Shown here piece after piece: positions 9,536 to 19,220 of a stretch of 64,000 bases of DNA (the stretch's first letter is position 1; each line of letters starts with the position of its first letter). Below the pieces are notes generated by a model. The model saw only the letters and a program-made list of their open reading frames with translations, did no database searches and had not been told where the DNA came from. Source of the stretch: a virus; the IMG/VR virus record IMGVR_UViG_3300042465_009257, positions 32,001-96,000 of that record. One strand, 5' to 3'. The position numbers and the translations under genes are program-made.

Positions 9536-9717
9536 CTTTTCCAGTTAAGCGTTTAATTGCTTCTTTTTTCCGTTGTTCTTTATCCTTCAGCCATGCTTTT
9601 TCTCGCTTTTGATATCGTATGGCAGCGTTGATCATAAATATAAAATTCCAGGTTAAGAGGCATAGAAAGAAAATCCAGAAGATATAATCGAATGACATTA
9701 GATTTTTGGTTTAGTTT

Positions 9718-9972
9718 TTATTTGATTCGATCAGGATTGCCTAGATATTCAATTCCATTTGCAATAATTCTAGCTAGATATCTCATGCATGGTTGACATA
9801 CATCCTTTGCTTCATAAGTATTATCTTGAAATTTAGCATCCTTCGTAATGTCTGCCATTGGATTCTGGCTTGAGCAGTGAGTCTTTACTGCAAAGGATCG
9901 TGGAGCATCTTCCCATCCGCGTTGAGGCATTTCTTTGTCGCAGATATCGCAAATAATAGTTACTGTTCTCAT
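9718..9972 (-). CDS. small CxxC protein
   Basis: CDIC...CQPC. Confidence 0.6.
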   Translation of the reverse strand: MRTVTIICDICDKEMPQRGWEDAPRSFAVKTHCSSQNPMADITKDAKFQDNTYEAKDVCQPCMRYLARIIANGIEYLGNPDRIK

Positions 9973-10013
9973 ATTTTTATGATAAACGGTTTAGGATTTT
10001 AGGAGTAATAAAG

Positions 10014-10361
10014 TTAATTAGTTGTAATAACTTTTTTCCCACAGATTAAAACAGCAGGGGCTTTATGTACTGGCTCTCCAGACTCTTTCTCGAAAAAATA
10101 ATCAAAAAGATAGGGATTGTAACTGACTTGCGTGAGTTTTTTACAGTAATCGAAGCTTTCTGATTCAGTCCCGCAGATATAAGCATGAACGTTTTTCCTC
10201 TTTTGTTGTAATACACGTTCTCGTCCAGCTTTGGACACTCGAAAAGTAGCATTTTCCAAAGAGATAGAGTCAGCATGGCGAACCACTTTCCAAACCCCAT
10301 TGATCTTTTTCTGGACAGAGATTTTTTTCTTATGCAGGTTGAAGTAACAGCGAGTATCCAT
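10014..10361 (-). CDS. conserved-type phage hypothetical protein (YFNLHK...RERV...KNVHAY)
   Basis: ORF with upstream TTGCTT-N16-TATAGT promoter. Confidence 0.7.
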   Translation of the reverse strand: MDTRCYFNLHKKKISVQKKINGVWKVVRHADSISLENATFRVSKAGRERVLQQKRKNVHAYICGTESESFDYCKKLTQVSYNPYLFDYFFEKESGEPVHKAPAVLICGKKVITTN

Positions 10362-10455
10362 GGGAATACTATACAGCGGAAACTGAGAAAAGCAAGAAAT
10401 TTTTTGAATTAATTATTAATGACTCTGCAAAACCTCATTCTGAAGAGTGACTGAG

Positions 10456-10647
10456 TTATTCAGACTCTACTTTGGCAATCCATTCGTCAAGAAGTTTAAG
10501 ATCTTCTTTCTCTCGATTACAGAACTCCATTTCTCTTGATTCATACCCAAGAGTTTCAATCGCGTCTTGCCAAATTTTATTTTGTTCCCAAGCGTTGTAA
10601 ACTAAACTGTCAATGAGCGCAATGATTTTGTTTGATGGTTTGTCCAT
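10456..10647 (-). CDS. hypothetical protein
   Basis: ORF track. Confidence 0.55.
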   Translation of the reverse strand: MDKPSNKIIALIDSLVYNAWEQNKIWQDAIETLGYESREMEFCNREKEDLKLLDEWIAKVESE

Positions 10648-10846
10648 TTAATTTTTAATTAAAGATCATTGTTGCGATTATGCAATAAAATATGGCTATT
10701 GTTCCCAAAATGCTAAAAAATGCAATATTAGATGATCCAGTTAGCGCAATCATTACTAATGGTATTATTAGGAGAATGGCGAATATGCCTAGAGTGAGAA
10801 TCAAAGTTCTTTTGCTTAATTGTGGCATTTTCATATTTATTCTTTT

Positions 10847-11211
10847 CTATTATTATATTAGAGTTCGTATCAATCAAGCAATTTGACTCCGGCTGGAGGA
10901 GGAGACATTTGGTAGATCTCTTTCCAGTGAGTAGCAGCAGGACCCGCGAAGCTAATAGATCCAGCCTCACAGACTTTGGCTTCAGCTTTGTAGTGTTGCA
11001 GTGAGTAATATTCTACTTTTGAGAGTGCGAAGCCAACGTCGCTGCGGGCAGTGAAACCACTACCGCTTACGAACGACTCGACAACGAGATATGGATCATC
11101 CGGGAAATCCTCGCTGTGTAGAATCTCCACCACACGGTACACTTCATTTGAATCGGTAAAGATATCGCCAACAGATACATTGTGCATACTATTATTATAT
11201 TAGAGTTCGTA
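10847..11211 (-). repeat. 23-bp direct repeat CTATTATTATATTAGAGTTCGTA at 10847-10869 and 11189-11211 (contains TATAAT on the minus strand)
   Basis: exact match seen; flanks ORF 10870..11187. Confidence 0.85.
10870..11187 (-). CDS. hypothetical protein
   Basis: ATG 6 nt after TATAAT. Confidence 0.6.
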   Translation of the reverse strand: MHNVSVGDIFTDSNEVYRVVEILHSEDFPDDPYLVVESFVSGSGFTARSDVGFALSKVEYYSLQHYKAEAKVCEAGSISFAGPAATHWKEIYQMSPPPAGVKLLD

Positions 11212-11219
11212 ATCGGTCC

Positions 11220-11465
11220 TCAGGCGAGGAAGTTGTCTTGACAAAGATCTTTTACCACAAGAGTTCTTATATACCTTTTAGGCAAGAGTTGAACCGCGCA
11301 GACTCCAAGTCCAAGCTCCTTGATTTGAAAGTGGTGAACATTTCCTCTAAAGATAATCGATTCATTCATTAACAACCACTCTTGAGCAACTTTTTTTGTT
11401 ACTCTTAGATCTTGTACATTTGAATACAGAGCTTGGATTGGGATCTCGTAATTGCTTTCTTTCAT
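11220..11465 (-). CDS. hypothetical protein
   Basis: ATG 6 nt after TATAAT. Confidence 0.6.
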   Translation of the reverse strand: MKESNYEIPIQALYSNVQDLRVTKKVAQEWLLMNESIIFRGNVHHFQIKELGLGVCAVQLLPKRYIRTLVVKDLCQDNFLA

Positions 11466-11477
11466 ACTATGATTATA

Positions 11478-11795
11478 TTAAAATTCTAAATCAATATTTT
11501 TAATCGCATAAGACATCTCCTCTTTTAACTCTTCAATAAGATCTTTTCTCATTTGTTTTCTATCCGCTTTGCTGATAAGTTGACCAGCAAGAAAGGCATC
11601 GTGCATAGCACTTTCTGAGTAGTATGTTTCTGGCCCCAGAATAATATGTTTGTGTCCTTGTTCTTTCATCAATCTGCCCACATAGTAGGTCATGTGGACA
11701 TCATCTTGAGTCTTCTTATATTTAGCAAGAGGATTGCCATAAGTTTTTAGCAAACGGGTTTCGAGATTTTTGATTATTTCAAGTACATCGCTCAT
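11478..11795 (-). CDS. hypothetical protein
   Basis: ORF track; upstream promoter-like sequence. Confidence 0.6.
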   Translation of the reverse strand: MSDVLEIIKNLETRLLKTYGNPLAKYKKTQDDVHMTYYVGRLMKEQGHKHIILGPETYYSESAMHDAFLAGQLISKADRKQMRKDLIEELKEEMSYAIKNIDLEF

Positions 11796-11854
11796 ACTAT
11801 GAATATACCACGCTCTCAGAAAAACGCAAATTATTTTTTGCGAAAATTGATTGT

Positions 11855-11936
11855 CGTAACGGACGGGAATTGAACCCGCTACCTCTCGCGTGCGATCCTC
11901 GCTACGCCAGCGCTCTCACCGCCGAGCTACCGTTAC
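11855..11936 (-). ncRNA. tRNA-like RNA with elongated, non-canonical anticodon arm
   Basis: 7-bp acceptor GTAACGG/CCGTTAC, D-stem GCTC/GAGC, T-arm GCGGG-TTCAATT-CCCGT, 26-nt anticodon arm; no encoded CCA. Confidence 0.75.
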
Positions 11937-11982
11937 TACAAGCCTTTTAATGACTTACTCAGGTCACTTGCTAGAACAGCAA

Positions 11983-12606
11983 TTATTCAACTAGAGCGCA
12001 AGCTAATCCGCCCTTATTCATTAATTTTGCTAAATCTTTCATTGTCACATAACCGTTTCCGTTGATTCCAAAATCTTTACCCCAACTATTTCTTAGCCAA
12101 ATTCTATCTTTCAGTCCATCGTATCTAAATCCTAAAATCGCGTGAAATCCAATTGGATTACCATTGCATAAAATTCTCCCATCCTTCTCTGTTTTATTCA
12201 TTCTTTCGTACCAAGGTATCGTCATTACAATTGGACTAATTGTATTTAGGTAAAGAGCTACTTGATCTGCATCATTTGTCCAATAATCTTTTTTTACAAT
12301 ATTTTTACTAATTAAGTAATCTACTGCATAGTTTAATTGAGACCCTTCAACATCGTCTGGTGTTTTACCTAATTTCCTCGCCGCTTTATAAATTTCTAGA
12401 GGTTTGCATGGGTTTTGGGAAATTGGTTCTGCTGCTAAAAGGCCCCTTAAGCAATAATCAACACAAGTGCCATTAGGCCCCTGATCTGTGACTTCCCCAA
12501 GTTGATAATTCCGAAAAATTGTTTCTTTCTTTGCCCCCATTGTTAATGGGAATCCCAATTTAGAATCGGGGAGGGAAAATGGAATTGAGCCTAGTTGTTT
12601 TGACAT
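11983..12606 (-). CDS. papain-like (C1) cysteine peptidase
   Basis: DQGPNGTC, HAI, RNSWG..FG.NG motifs; start moved to MSKQL. Confidence 0.85.
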   Translation of the reverse strand: MSKQLGSIPFSLPDSKLGFPLTMGAKKETIFRNYQLGEVTDQGPNGTCVDYCLRGLLAAEPISQNPCKPLEIYKAARKLGKTPDDVEGSQLNYAVDYLISKNIVKKDYWTNDADQVALYLNTISPIVMTIPWYERMNKTEKDGRILCNGNPIGFHAILGFRYDGLKDRIWLRNSWGKDFGINGNGYVTMKDLAKLMNKGGLACALVE

Positions 12607-12607
12607 A

Positions 12608-13153
12608 TTATGGCGTAGAAATAAACTCAATCAACTCTTCTTTTGTCTCGAAAACCTGATTTGCATAAAAACGAATATTTCTTTCATCCGTTACAAAATA
12701 ATAAAAGGTTGTTTCAATTTCACCTTCTTGAGCATAAAAATTATTAATAAATTCGCATAGTTCAACTTCGGCCTGCTTTGCTTTGCCTTCCATGAGAACC
12801 CATACTTTATCACCTTTTTTAAATTTCGGTTCAAGGGTCAACCCTTCTTCCCATTTTAATGCCCGACTCAAGGCCAAATTTCGCCCAGCTTTTTTATTGT
12901 AAGCATCAACTTTTGAACAAACAGATTCTCCGCGTAATTCGTTTCCATCTGGATCGCGTAATTCAATAACTACTTTGCCTCCTCTCGGACTTGGATCTAG
13001 GAAATATGAACCATTTCCACCTTTAAGTTTTTTATCAAGATGCAGAATTAATTCTTGATTATCATTTGGGAAAAAGCGATAATGAGAGCATCGGACTTTC
13101 CACCCTTGATCGCGAAGCTCTTTAACGGTTGGCATTTTAACAATTGTTTTCAT
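12608..13153 (-). CDS. hypothetical two-domain phage protein
   Basis: ORF with TTGACA-N16-TATAAT promoter 7 nt upstream. Confidence 0.65.
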   Translation of the reverse strand: MKTIVKMPTVKELRDQGWKVRCSHYRFFPNDNQELILHLDKKLKGGNGSYFLDPSPRGGKVVIELRDPDGNELRGESVCSKVDAYNKKAGRNLALSRALKWEEGLTLEPKFKKGDKVWVLMEGKAKQAEVELCEFINNFYAQEGEIETTFYYFVTDERNIRFYANQVFETKEELIEFISTP

Positions 13154-13160
13154 ATATTGT

Positions 13161-13188
13161 ATTATACTTTAAATCTTTAGTCTGTCAA
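13161..13188 (-). promoter_or_regulatory. sigma70-type promoter TTGACA-N16-TATAAT (leaderless)
   Basis: perfect consensus hexamers. Confidence 0.75.
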
Positions 13189-13475
13189 ATCATTTCTTTA
13201 ATGGGATATTCGAAAAAATTAAGAGCAAGCCAATCTGCGCCGTAGACTTCTGTTTCTGGAATCTCGTCAATTTTAATTAGGCACCAAGAACTGGCGGGTT
13301 CACAATATCTGACCGTACAAATTTGCCCTGATTTTAGGATAGCCGCATTTTTAAGACAATCCTTATGGAATGCGAATGCTGCTTGTTTAAATTTAATTTT
13401 ATCTCCTGGCGAGGGCCATTTTGGAGTCTCATTAAGATCAGAATTAGTAAGAATAGTTTTAATATTGTGATTCAT
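13185..13475 (-). CDS. hypothetical protein
   Basis: ORF track. Confidence 0.55.
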   Translation of the reverse strand: MNHNIKTILTNSDLNETPKWPSPGDKIKFKQAAFAFHKDCLKNAAILKSGQICTVRYCEPASSWCLIKIDEIPETEVYGADWLALNFFEYPIKEMI

Positions 13476-13732
13476 GCTTTAAATGTGTAGCCAATTGCCT
13501 GTTCATGCCGAAGTTCGCACGCTTTTCTAAAATTATCAAGTAGAAAATTCTCTAATACCGTTTGTTCGCTTTCGGGCACAGAGTTGACAAAGAAGTCCAT
13601 CATTGCGACTAAAAGAACGACTTGCATTCCTGGTGTAATTATTGTTCCAGTTGGCGCATCAGGAATAATTGCGATTCCAAATTTTCCAGCCGTCTTGATA
13701 CTAAGCAGATTAGAAAGTTCTGGACGCTGCAT
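13472..13732 (-). CDS. hypothetical protein
   Basis: ORF track. Confidence 0.55.
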   Translation of the reverse strand: MQRPELSNLLSIKTAGKFGIAIIPDAPTGTIITPGMQVVLLVAMMDFFVNSVPESEQTVLENFLLDNFRKACELRHEQAIGYTFKA

Positions 13733-13737
13733 TTAAT

Positions 13738-13995
13738 TTATTTTTTTTTAGATTTTAGCTGAAAATCAATTTGTAAATCACCGACCTCAGATACATATCT
13801 TGAATAATCTTTTTCAGAAATCCATTCTCCATTCTTCATCTTAGAAAAGAGCCAAAGAGGCAGAACTAAAAATATTGGATCTTCGCTTGAGCTATCATTT
13901 ACGACGATCCAGTCTTCTGGCAATTCAGAAGAATCAAATGGGAGTTTGCGAATTTCTTGCTCTTTCATTTTTCGGCGAATTGTGCGTAATTCCAC
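13738..13995 (-). CDS. hypothetical protein
   Basis: ORF track. Confidence 0.55.
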   Translation of the reverse strand: MELRTIRRKMKEQEIRKLPFDSSELPEDWIVVNDSSSEDPIFLVLPLWLFSKMKNGEWISEKDYSRYVSEVGDLQIDFQLKSKKK

Positions 13996-14549
13996 TCAAT
14001 TTCTTTAGTGTAGTCCCTCACGCATCCCTGCAAATCAGAATAAGACGGTAGTTGGGTGGCAATCATTGGAGAGCATACAAAAACATTATTATCGGCCATC
14101 AAATTATGGTAATGAACGTCCATTTCTCTATCAAATGGTAATTCTAGAATAGTATTATAAAATTTACAATTAACAATATAGGCATGGGCTGCATAAGCTC
14201 CAGACATTTTATGAAGGTGTAATGAATGCTTGTATGCGGGTTTCTGCAAATTAGCACCCAAGAAACACATATCCCATTCTATTTTATTTAATTCTTCCCA
14301 AGCCGCGTTTAAAATTTCTTGAGCATTATCGAAAAATACAACATCATCTTCTAGAATTAGGACATACTCCCATCCTTGCTCTTTTGCAATTTCAATACAT
14401 TTTTTCTGAGATTGGAAACAAGTTCCTGTTCCATCAATAATCCCTTCAACTAAATGACATTCAAGGTTATTTAATTTTCTGACTTCGCCATCGACATGGA
14501 CTCTCCTATCCATACGATGTGGTAAATTTATGATAAGTGTATTGAACAT
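13965..14549 (-). CDS. glycosyltransferase family 25-like
   Basis: INL..R.DRR, C..S, LILEDDV, AHAYIV, D motifs; start moved to MFNTL. Confidence 0.8.
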   Translation of the reverse strand: MFNTLIINLPHRMDRRVHVDGEVRKLNNLECHLVEGIIDGTGTCFQSQKKCIEIAKEQGWEYVLILEDDVVFFDNAQEILNAAWEELNKIEWDMCFLGANLQKPAYKHSLHLHKMSGAYAAHAYIVNCKFYNTILELPFDREMDVHYHNLMADNNVFVCSPMIATQLPSYSDLQGCVRDYTKEIEWNYAQFAEK

Positions 14550-15427
14550 AATAGTAATTTTATTCTTTCTTTCCAAGTATGCGACCGAGCGGCAATCTGT
14601 TGAGATAATTCTGCTAAAACTTCTCTCTCTTCTTGATTATTTATGTAGTATTCAACACAATCGCACCAGTCTTTATCATCTGGTACGACAATACTACCTT
14701 TAAATAATATTTTTGCTAAAGGGTGATCACATATCTGGAAACCTCCTGCTAAAGCAATATTAAAAACACTTTGATTTAAATCCACCCGATCAGAAGGACT
14801 TCCAAGATTAGGTTTTTGATAATCAGTATGAAAATTTAAATTAATTTTAGAACGATTTCTAATTAAATTAGTTTCATTATATTGCAAGTGGAAACCCCCA
14901 TGGTTTTTATAAGACATTCCAGCAAGGTAACATTTATATTCAGGATTGTCAAGAATTGGATACAAATACTTAGCTTCCCCCCTATCCCCGTGAGCCAGCG
15001 TCCCGATGAAGGATACGTCAATGTCTTTTTCTATAAAAAGTGGGTAAAAGACTTTCTCGTTTGCCGCTAGGGGGCATCTGACCACTTTGAAACCACGGGA
15101 GACGAACTCAGCCTCCATGACTGGGGACTCAGATTGTGTCGTAAGAATATAATCTATGTAAGGTTGGTAGCTCTCTAACTCATCTCTCCATGTGTCTGCT
15201 GCATAGATCAAAATAGTATCAGGAAATCGCTCTTTGAACTTGGCAATCTCCACAGCGGGAGCAGGACCCACATAAAAAACAATATCAAATTGCGTGCTGA
15301 TGGAGCTTAAAGAGAACGCCTCAATTGGATAAAAGCTCCAGGAATGTCCAAGAGCTTCTAGCCCTACTCCGAACTCGCGAAAAATAGGAGTTGGATGGTG
15401 ATTAGTATCAAAAGTGGCGATTCTCAA
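14528..15427 (-). CDS. CgeB-like glycosyltransferase (GT-B)
   Basis: PLAAN..F.P, DVSFIG, SKINLNFH, FNIALAGGFQI, HTW..R. Confidence 0.8.
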   Translation of the reverse strand: MRIATFDTNHHPTPIFREFGVGLEALGHSWSFYPIEAFSLSSISTQFDIVFYVGPAPAVEIAKFKERFPDTILIYAADTWRDELESYQPYIDYILTTQSESPVMEAEFVSRGFKVVRCPLAANEKVFYPLFIEKDIDVSFIGTLAHGDRGEAKYLYPILDNPEYKCYLAGMSYKNHGGFHLQYNETNLIRNRSKINLNFHTDYQKPNLGSPSDRVDLNQSVFNIALAGGFQICDHPLAKILFKGSIVVPDDKDWCDCVEYYINNQEEREVLAELSQQIAARSHTWKERIKLLLCSIHLS

Positions 15428-15984
15428 GCGATAAAAGATTGAAGTTCACTGTAAGGCGTAATATTCAAAAGTTCCACTCGATTGTCAGCTAAGAAAGAGT
15501 ATTCGTTCACCACATCTCTATCATGATATACGCCGATCCCCCGTGTCACAAGCCCGAATCGTGTCCCTTCGATAGCCATCGTTTTTAGCCCAGCCTGTTT
15601 CGCCAAATTCGCGAAAGTAAACCAAGCGTCTCCGCACCACTCTTGGCCAATCAGCCATTCTTCCTCTGGATTGATGTCATCCATAACAATCACCCCATTA
15701 CTGGATAAACACTTCAAAGAATTTTCAAAGTCTTTCGTTACCTGAGAGGTTTCGTGACAAGCGTCGATAAAAACAACGTCCCACTCTTCTTTATTCTGAA
15801 GAAAAAAATCATCCGTTGACATGCAAAACGTGGGTGAACTTCCTGGATTGATATCCACTCCCGCTTTCCGGCCAGCTTGGACATTATTGAATGTAGCTCT
15901 TGGATCTCGGACCCCCAACTCCAAGTATGAGTCCAGATTCCGTGTTTTTAAGATTTCGTTGATAACTTCGTGATAATTTAACAT
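15424..15984 (-). CDS. class I SAM-dependent methyltransferase
   Basis: YLELGV, DVVFIDACH, GVIVMDD. Confidence 0.8.
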   Translation of the reverse strand: MLNYHEVINEILKTRNLDSYLELGVRDPRATFNNVQAGRKAGVDINPGSSPTFCMSTDDFFLQNKEEWDVVFIDACHETSQVTKDFENSLKCLSSNGVIVMDDINPEEEWLIGQEWCGDAWFTFANLAKQAGLKTMAIEGTRFGLVTRGIGVYHDRDVVNEYSFLADNRVELLNITPYSELQSFIA

Positions 15985-16610
15985 AATTTTTCTTTATTTA
16001 GGAATTCCTGCCACCCTTCTGAGAACACACCTCCTCGTCGGCAAAAATTAAAATAGATCTTTTTCTGTCTAGCTTTCAACAGAATACGTGGATTCAGTGA
16101 TTGAGCGTAAGAATTTCCTTCTATCTCGAATTCCCAAGGTGACATCTCTTTTTTTAAAACCTTTTTTAAATAATCCGTCCGCCAAATTGAGGGTTGAACA
16201 GAGTTTAGATATTGACTATAAGCATTAAATAAATATAGGTCATTTTCTAAGTTTGTCAAGGAATAAACTCCATCTGGATATAATGTATCGAACATTATTT
16301 TGTCAGCCCCATATTCCTCTAAAATTGCAATATGATCGCTCAAAAATTCATTTGTAATAGGTTCCGCTAAATAGTAGTCCTCCAAAATGAAGACCGTATA
16401 GTCAGTAGTCACTTCATCTAAGCCTACCAACATCCTTTGACCCCATGGTCCTTGGACTAACACGTTCTTATAGGTCGGCAGGGGGATAGTCTCCCCGATG
16501 AAAATGTCAGTGGTATTGGCCTGCCAGTAACGACGAAACAAAATGTCGAAATTCCGGCATAGCGGAAAATATGCGTCACAAGACCCAATGATTACAGATA
16601 TATTACTCAT
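15978..16610 (-). CDS. GT-A fold glycosyltransferase-like protein
   Basis: SCDAY, ILEDY, QPSIW, SPWEFE. Confidence 0.65.
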   Translation of the reverse strand: MSNISVIIGSCDAYFPLCRNFDILFRRYWQANTTDIFIGETIPLPTYKNVLVQGPWGQRMLVGLDEVTTDYTVFILEDYYLAEPITNEFLSDHIAILEEYGADKIMFDTLYPDGVYSLTNLENDLYLFNAYSQYLNSVQPSIWRTDYLKKVLKKEMSPWEFEIEGNSYAQSLNPRILLKARQKKIYFNFCRRGGVFSEGWQEFLNKEKLC

Positions 16611-17292
16611 AAAATGCTTTCAGTTCTGCTAGTTGGGTTTCAATTGAAGAGGTAAACTCGCCTATAATACATTTGTCCGATCCTATTCCGCTAATAGGTT
16701 TAATCTCAATATCTAAATTGAAACATTTTTTGATTTTGCTTAATAGGTCAAATTTGGAAATGCATTCAGACCTATAACAGTTTAAAGTTTCGCCTCCATT
16801 TTTCATCAACTTTTGACAGATTTCCGCCCATTTTAGAGTTGTGATACCATTCCATTTCGCGCTAGTATAGCCATTAATTTCCCCTTTCTGAGATAATACC
16901 CAAGACAATAGACTGTCATTACTATTTTTTTCTATTCCAATAATTGAAGATTTAATGATAGTTGTTCTCTGCCCATAAGCTAAAATCCAATCAGACGCTA
17001 TTTTTTTAGAAATTCCATAAGAAGAATCGTCCGATTCACAATCTGTTGCTGGATGAAAAATTTGAGCTTTAGTATATTTTTCTAAAAAGTAAGGGAGAGA
17101 TGTATTTAGACTAAAATCTTTATGCTTTTGGGGGATAGCTCCGATACAATTGATAATGAAATCATAATTTTCTAAGCTATCGCGAAATTCTAGAGATGGA
17201 AATCTATAAGGCGAAACTTCTGCTTCGGGGAAAAACTTTTTGACAGCATTCCCCAGCATTCCATTCGATCCTAAGATTAAAACTTTATCCAT
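16603..17292 (-). CDS. RmlD-like NAD(P)-dependent nucleotide-sugar reductase
   Basis: ILGSNGMLG, INCIG, TDC, YGISK. Confidence 0.8.
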   Translation of the reverse strand: MDKVLILGSNGMLGNAVKKFFPEAEVSPYRFPSLEFRDSLENYDFIINCIGAIPQKHKDFSLNTSLPYFLEKYTKAQIFHPATDCESDDSSYGISKKIASDWILAYGQRTTIIKSSIIGIEKNSNDSLLSWVLSQKGEINGYTSAKWNGITTLKWAEICQKLMKNGGETLNCYRSECISKFDLLSKIKKCFNLDIEIKPISGIGSDKCIIGEFTSSIETQLAELKAFYE

Positions 17293-17293
17293 G

Positions 17294-18046
17294 TTATTTT
17301 TTCAGAATTAATGTCCAATTATTATTTGCATGTGTTTTTGGATATTCTGGAATTACATTTACATACTTAAAGTGTTTCGCCGCTAAGTCAAGTAAAAAAT
17401 CTTTTCTCTGGTCCCATATATTCATCATGAAAAATCCATTTTCACAGTTTTTAATAATGGAGTCAAAATAAAACTGAATTCCATCTTCATCAAATTCTGA
17501 TAAACACCAATTAGAAATAACTAAGTCAAAATCTCTAGTTGGAACAGATGGAAAGTTAAAATAGTCGCAGTCATGATCAAAAAGTTCCATATATTTTCGA
17601 CAAAGCCCTAGAGTTTGGGGAACATCAACAAAAGAATACGACTTTACACCTGAATCAATAATAATTTTTCCCTGTCCACCATAACCACTCCCAATCTCGA
17701 CAATTTCAAAATCTCTCAAGTTTCCAAAGTTTGCTCTAAGATTCTGTAAAATATTCAAAAAATATAATGTTCCTGGGGATATCGTTGCAGCAGGGTAATC
17801 GTAAAGAATTGGAGATCCAAATTTATCATTCTCCTTATATTTATCAAGCTCCTCCATAATAGACGAGTCTTTCTCAATATTCGAATATAGAATATCGGCA
17901 ATTGATTTAGGCAGAACATCGTTCCCAATCACTCTCCTAAATATCCAATTTTGCTTAAATGTTTTAAAGCTTTCTTCATTTTGACAGATAGCTAAGCATT
18001 CTGCTAGAAATTGGTTTCCTACTTCTTCTTGTGGTAACCAGATCAT
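17294..18046 (-). CDS. putative sugar O-methyltransferase
   Basis: VEIGSGYGG, DLVISNWCLSE. Confidence 0.75.
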   Translation of the reverse strand: MIWLPQEEVGNQFLAECLAICQNEESFKTFKQNWIFRRVIGNDVLPKSIADILYSNIEKDSSIMEELDKYKENDKFGSPILYDYPAATISPGTLYFLNILQNLRANFGNLRDFEIVEIGSGYGGQGKIIIDSGVKSYSFVDVPQTLGLCRKYMELFDHDCDYFNFPSVPTRDFDLVISNWCLSEFDEDGIQFYFDSIIKNCENGFFMMNIWDQRKDFLLDLAAKHFKYVNVIPEYPKTHANNNWTLILKK

Positions 18047-18047
18047 A

Positions 18048-18902
18048 TTAAATTAAAGGAATAATTTCTTCCACAGTAAACTGTTGGCACTCATTCGAAA
18101 AAGGCCCATTTTCTAAAACTTTCTCATGAAGATTCTCACCGGCTTGAAGACCAATTGTTTTAATTTTAATATCTGCGCCATTTCCATATTTTAAGATCAT
18201 AGCGTGTAATAAATTGTTGATCGACATTGATTTCATTTCTGGGCAATATGGGGCAGAGTCTACAGCCTTATCCATACAGTCAAAAATCAAATTAACTGCA
18301 TCTGATACTGTCCAGAAGAATCGCGTAGCATCTAGGCTTGTTACTACTACTTCGCCGCCGCTTTGAATTAAATCCTTCCATTTGCATAATACGGAGCCAG
18401 TTGAATATAGAACATTCCCATATCTTACAATTCGATACTCGGTAGAAGAATTAAGTTTCTCAAATTGATGGAACATGCGCTCCATCATTAATTTCGTTGC
18501 CCCGTACACTCCATTAACTTGGGCCGCTTTATCTGTAGAAACACCCAAAACAAAATCCATTTGATTTTTTAGAGATTCTTCTAAAATATTCAAAGAGCCT
18601 AAGATATTAGTTTTAGTATTTTCTCTAACAAATTTTTCTGCCAATCCAACGTGTTTACTTGCAGCTAAATGAAACACTCCGTTAACACCTACCATTGCCT
18701 GCTTAACTTCAAATGGATCAGCAATATCGCCTGGATAAATTTCGACATTAGGAAGAGCCTGCTTAAGTTCAATCAATTTACCTTCATCACGGGCCATGGC
18801 TCGAACTTGTCCTCCCGCATCAATAATACGAGAGCAAAGGCTTTTGCCTAAAAACCCAGATCCACCCGTTACCAAATATTTTTTATTTTCAATTTTTAAC
18901 AT
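18048..18902 (-). CDS. UDP-GlcNAc 4,6-dehydratase-like (PseB/CapD, Polysacc_synt_2)
   Basis: TGGSGFLG, STDKA, YGATK, RYGNV, GENLHE. Confidence 0.85.
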   Translation of the reverse strand: MLKIENKKYLVTGGSGFLGKSLCSRIIDAGGQVRAMARDEGKLIELKQALPNVEIYPGDIADPFEVKQAMVGVNGVFHLAASKHVGLAEKFVRENTKTNILGSLNILEESLKNQMDFVLGVSTDKAAQVNGVYGATKLMMERMFHQFEKLNSSTEYRIVRYGNVLYSTGSVLCKWKDLIQSGGEVVVTSLDATRFFWTVSDAVNLIFDCMDKAVDSAPYCPEMKSMSINNLLHAMILKYGNGADIKIKTIGLQAGENLHEKVLENGPFSNECQQFTVEEIIPLI

Positions 18903-19220
18903 TTATTTATTTTTAATTAAATCTACCAAAGCGTCAAGATTCTTAATCTCAACCCGTTCTTTTCCAGCGCTTTGTATTGCTGTCAATTTATTCTCCCCCA
19001 TCTTATTATCAAAAATCCACCAAGCTACCCATTGATTATCATCTCCAATTTCTCGTTGAATAGCATCAGTATATTTATCAAAAAGTCTCCAACTTAAATC
19101 TCCTAAACCCATACTGACATCAGCCCCGAGAACTTTCTCCAACGCGCTCCACTTATCGTTTAGCTCTTCATGAAATTGAAGCACTGTTTTAATTTTCTCT
19201 TTAATTTCTTTACGTTTCAA
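18903..19220 (-). CDS. hypothetical protein
   Basis: TTG start overlaps the stop of the upstream gene remnant. Confidence 0.6.
   Translation of the reverse strand: MKRKEIKEKIKTVLQFHEELNDKWSALEKVLGADVSMGLGDLSWRLFDKYTDAIQREIGDDNQWVAWWIFDNKMGENKLTAIQSAGKERVEIKNLDALVDLIKNK

Noticed and set aside
11960-11980. preQ1-I riboswitch (GTTCTAGC on the minus strand)
   Set aside because: Lacks the enclosing P1 stem and properly placed A-rich tail, and no queuosine-related gene follows
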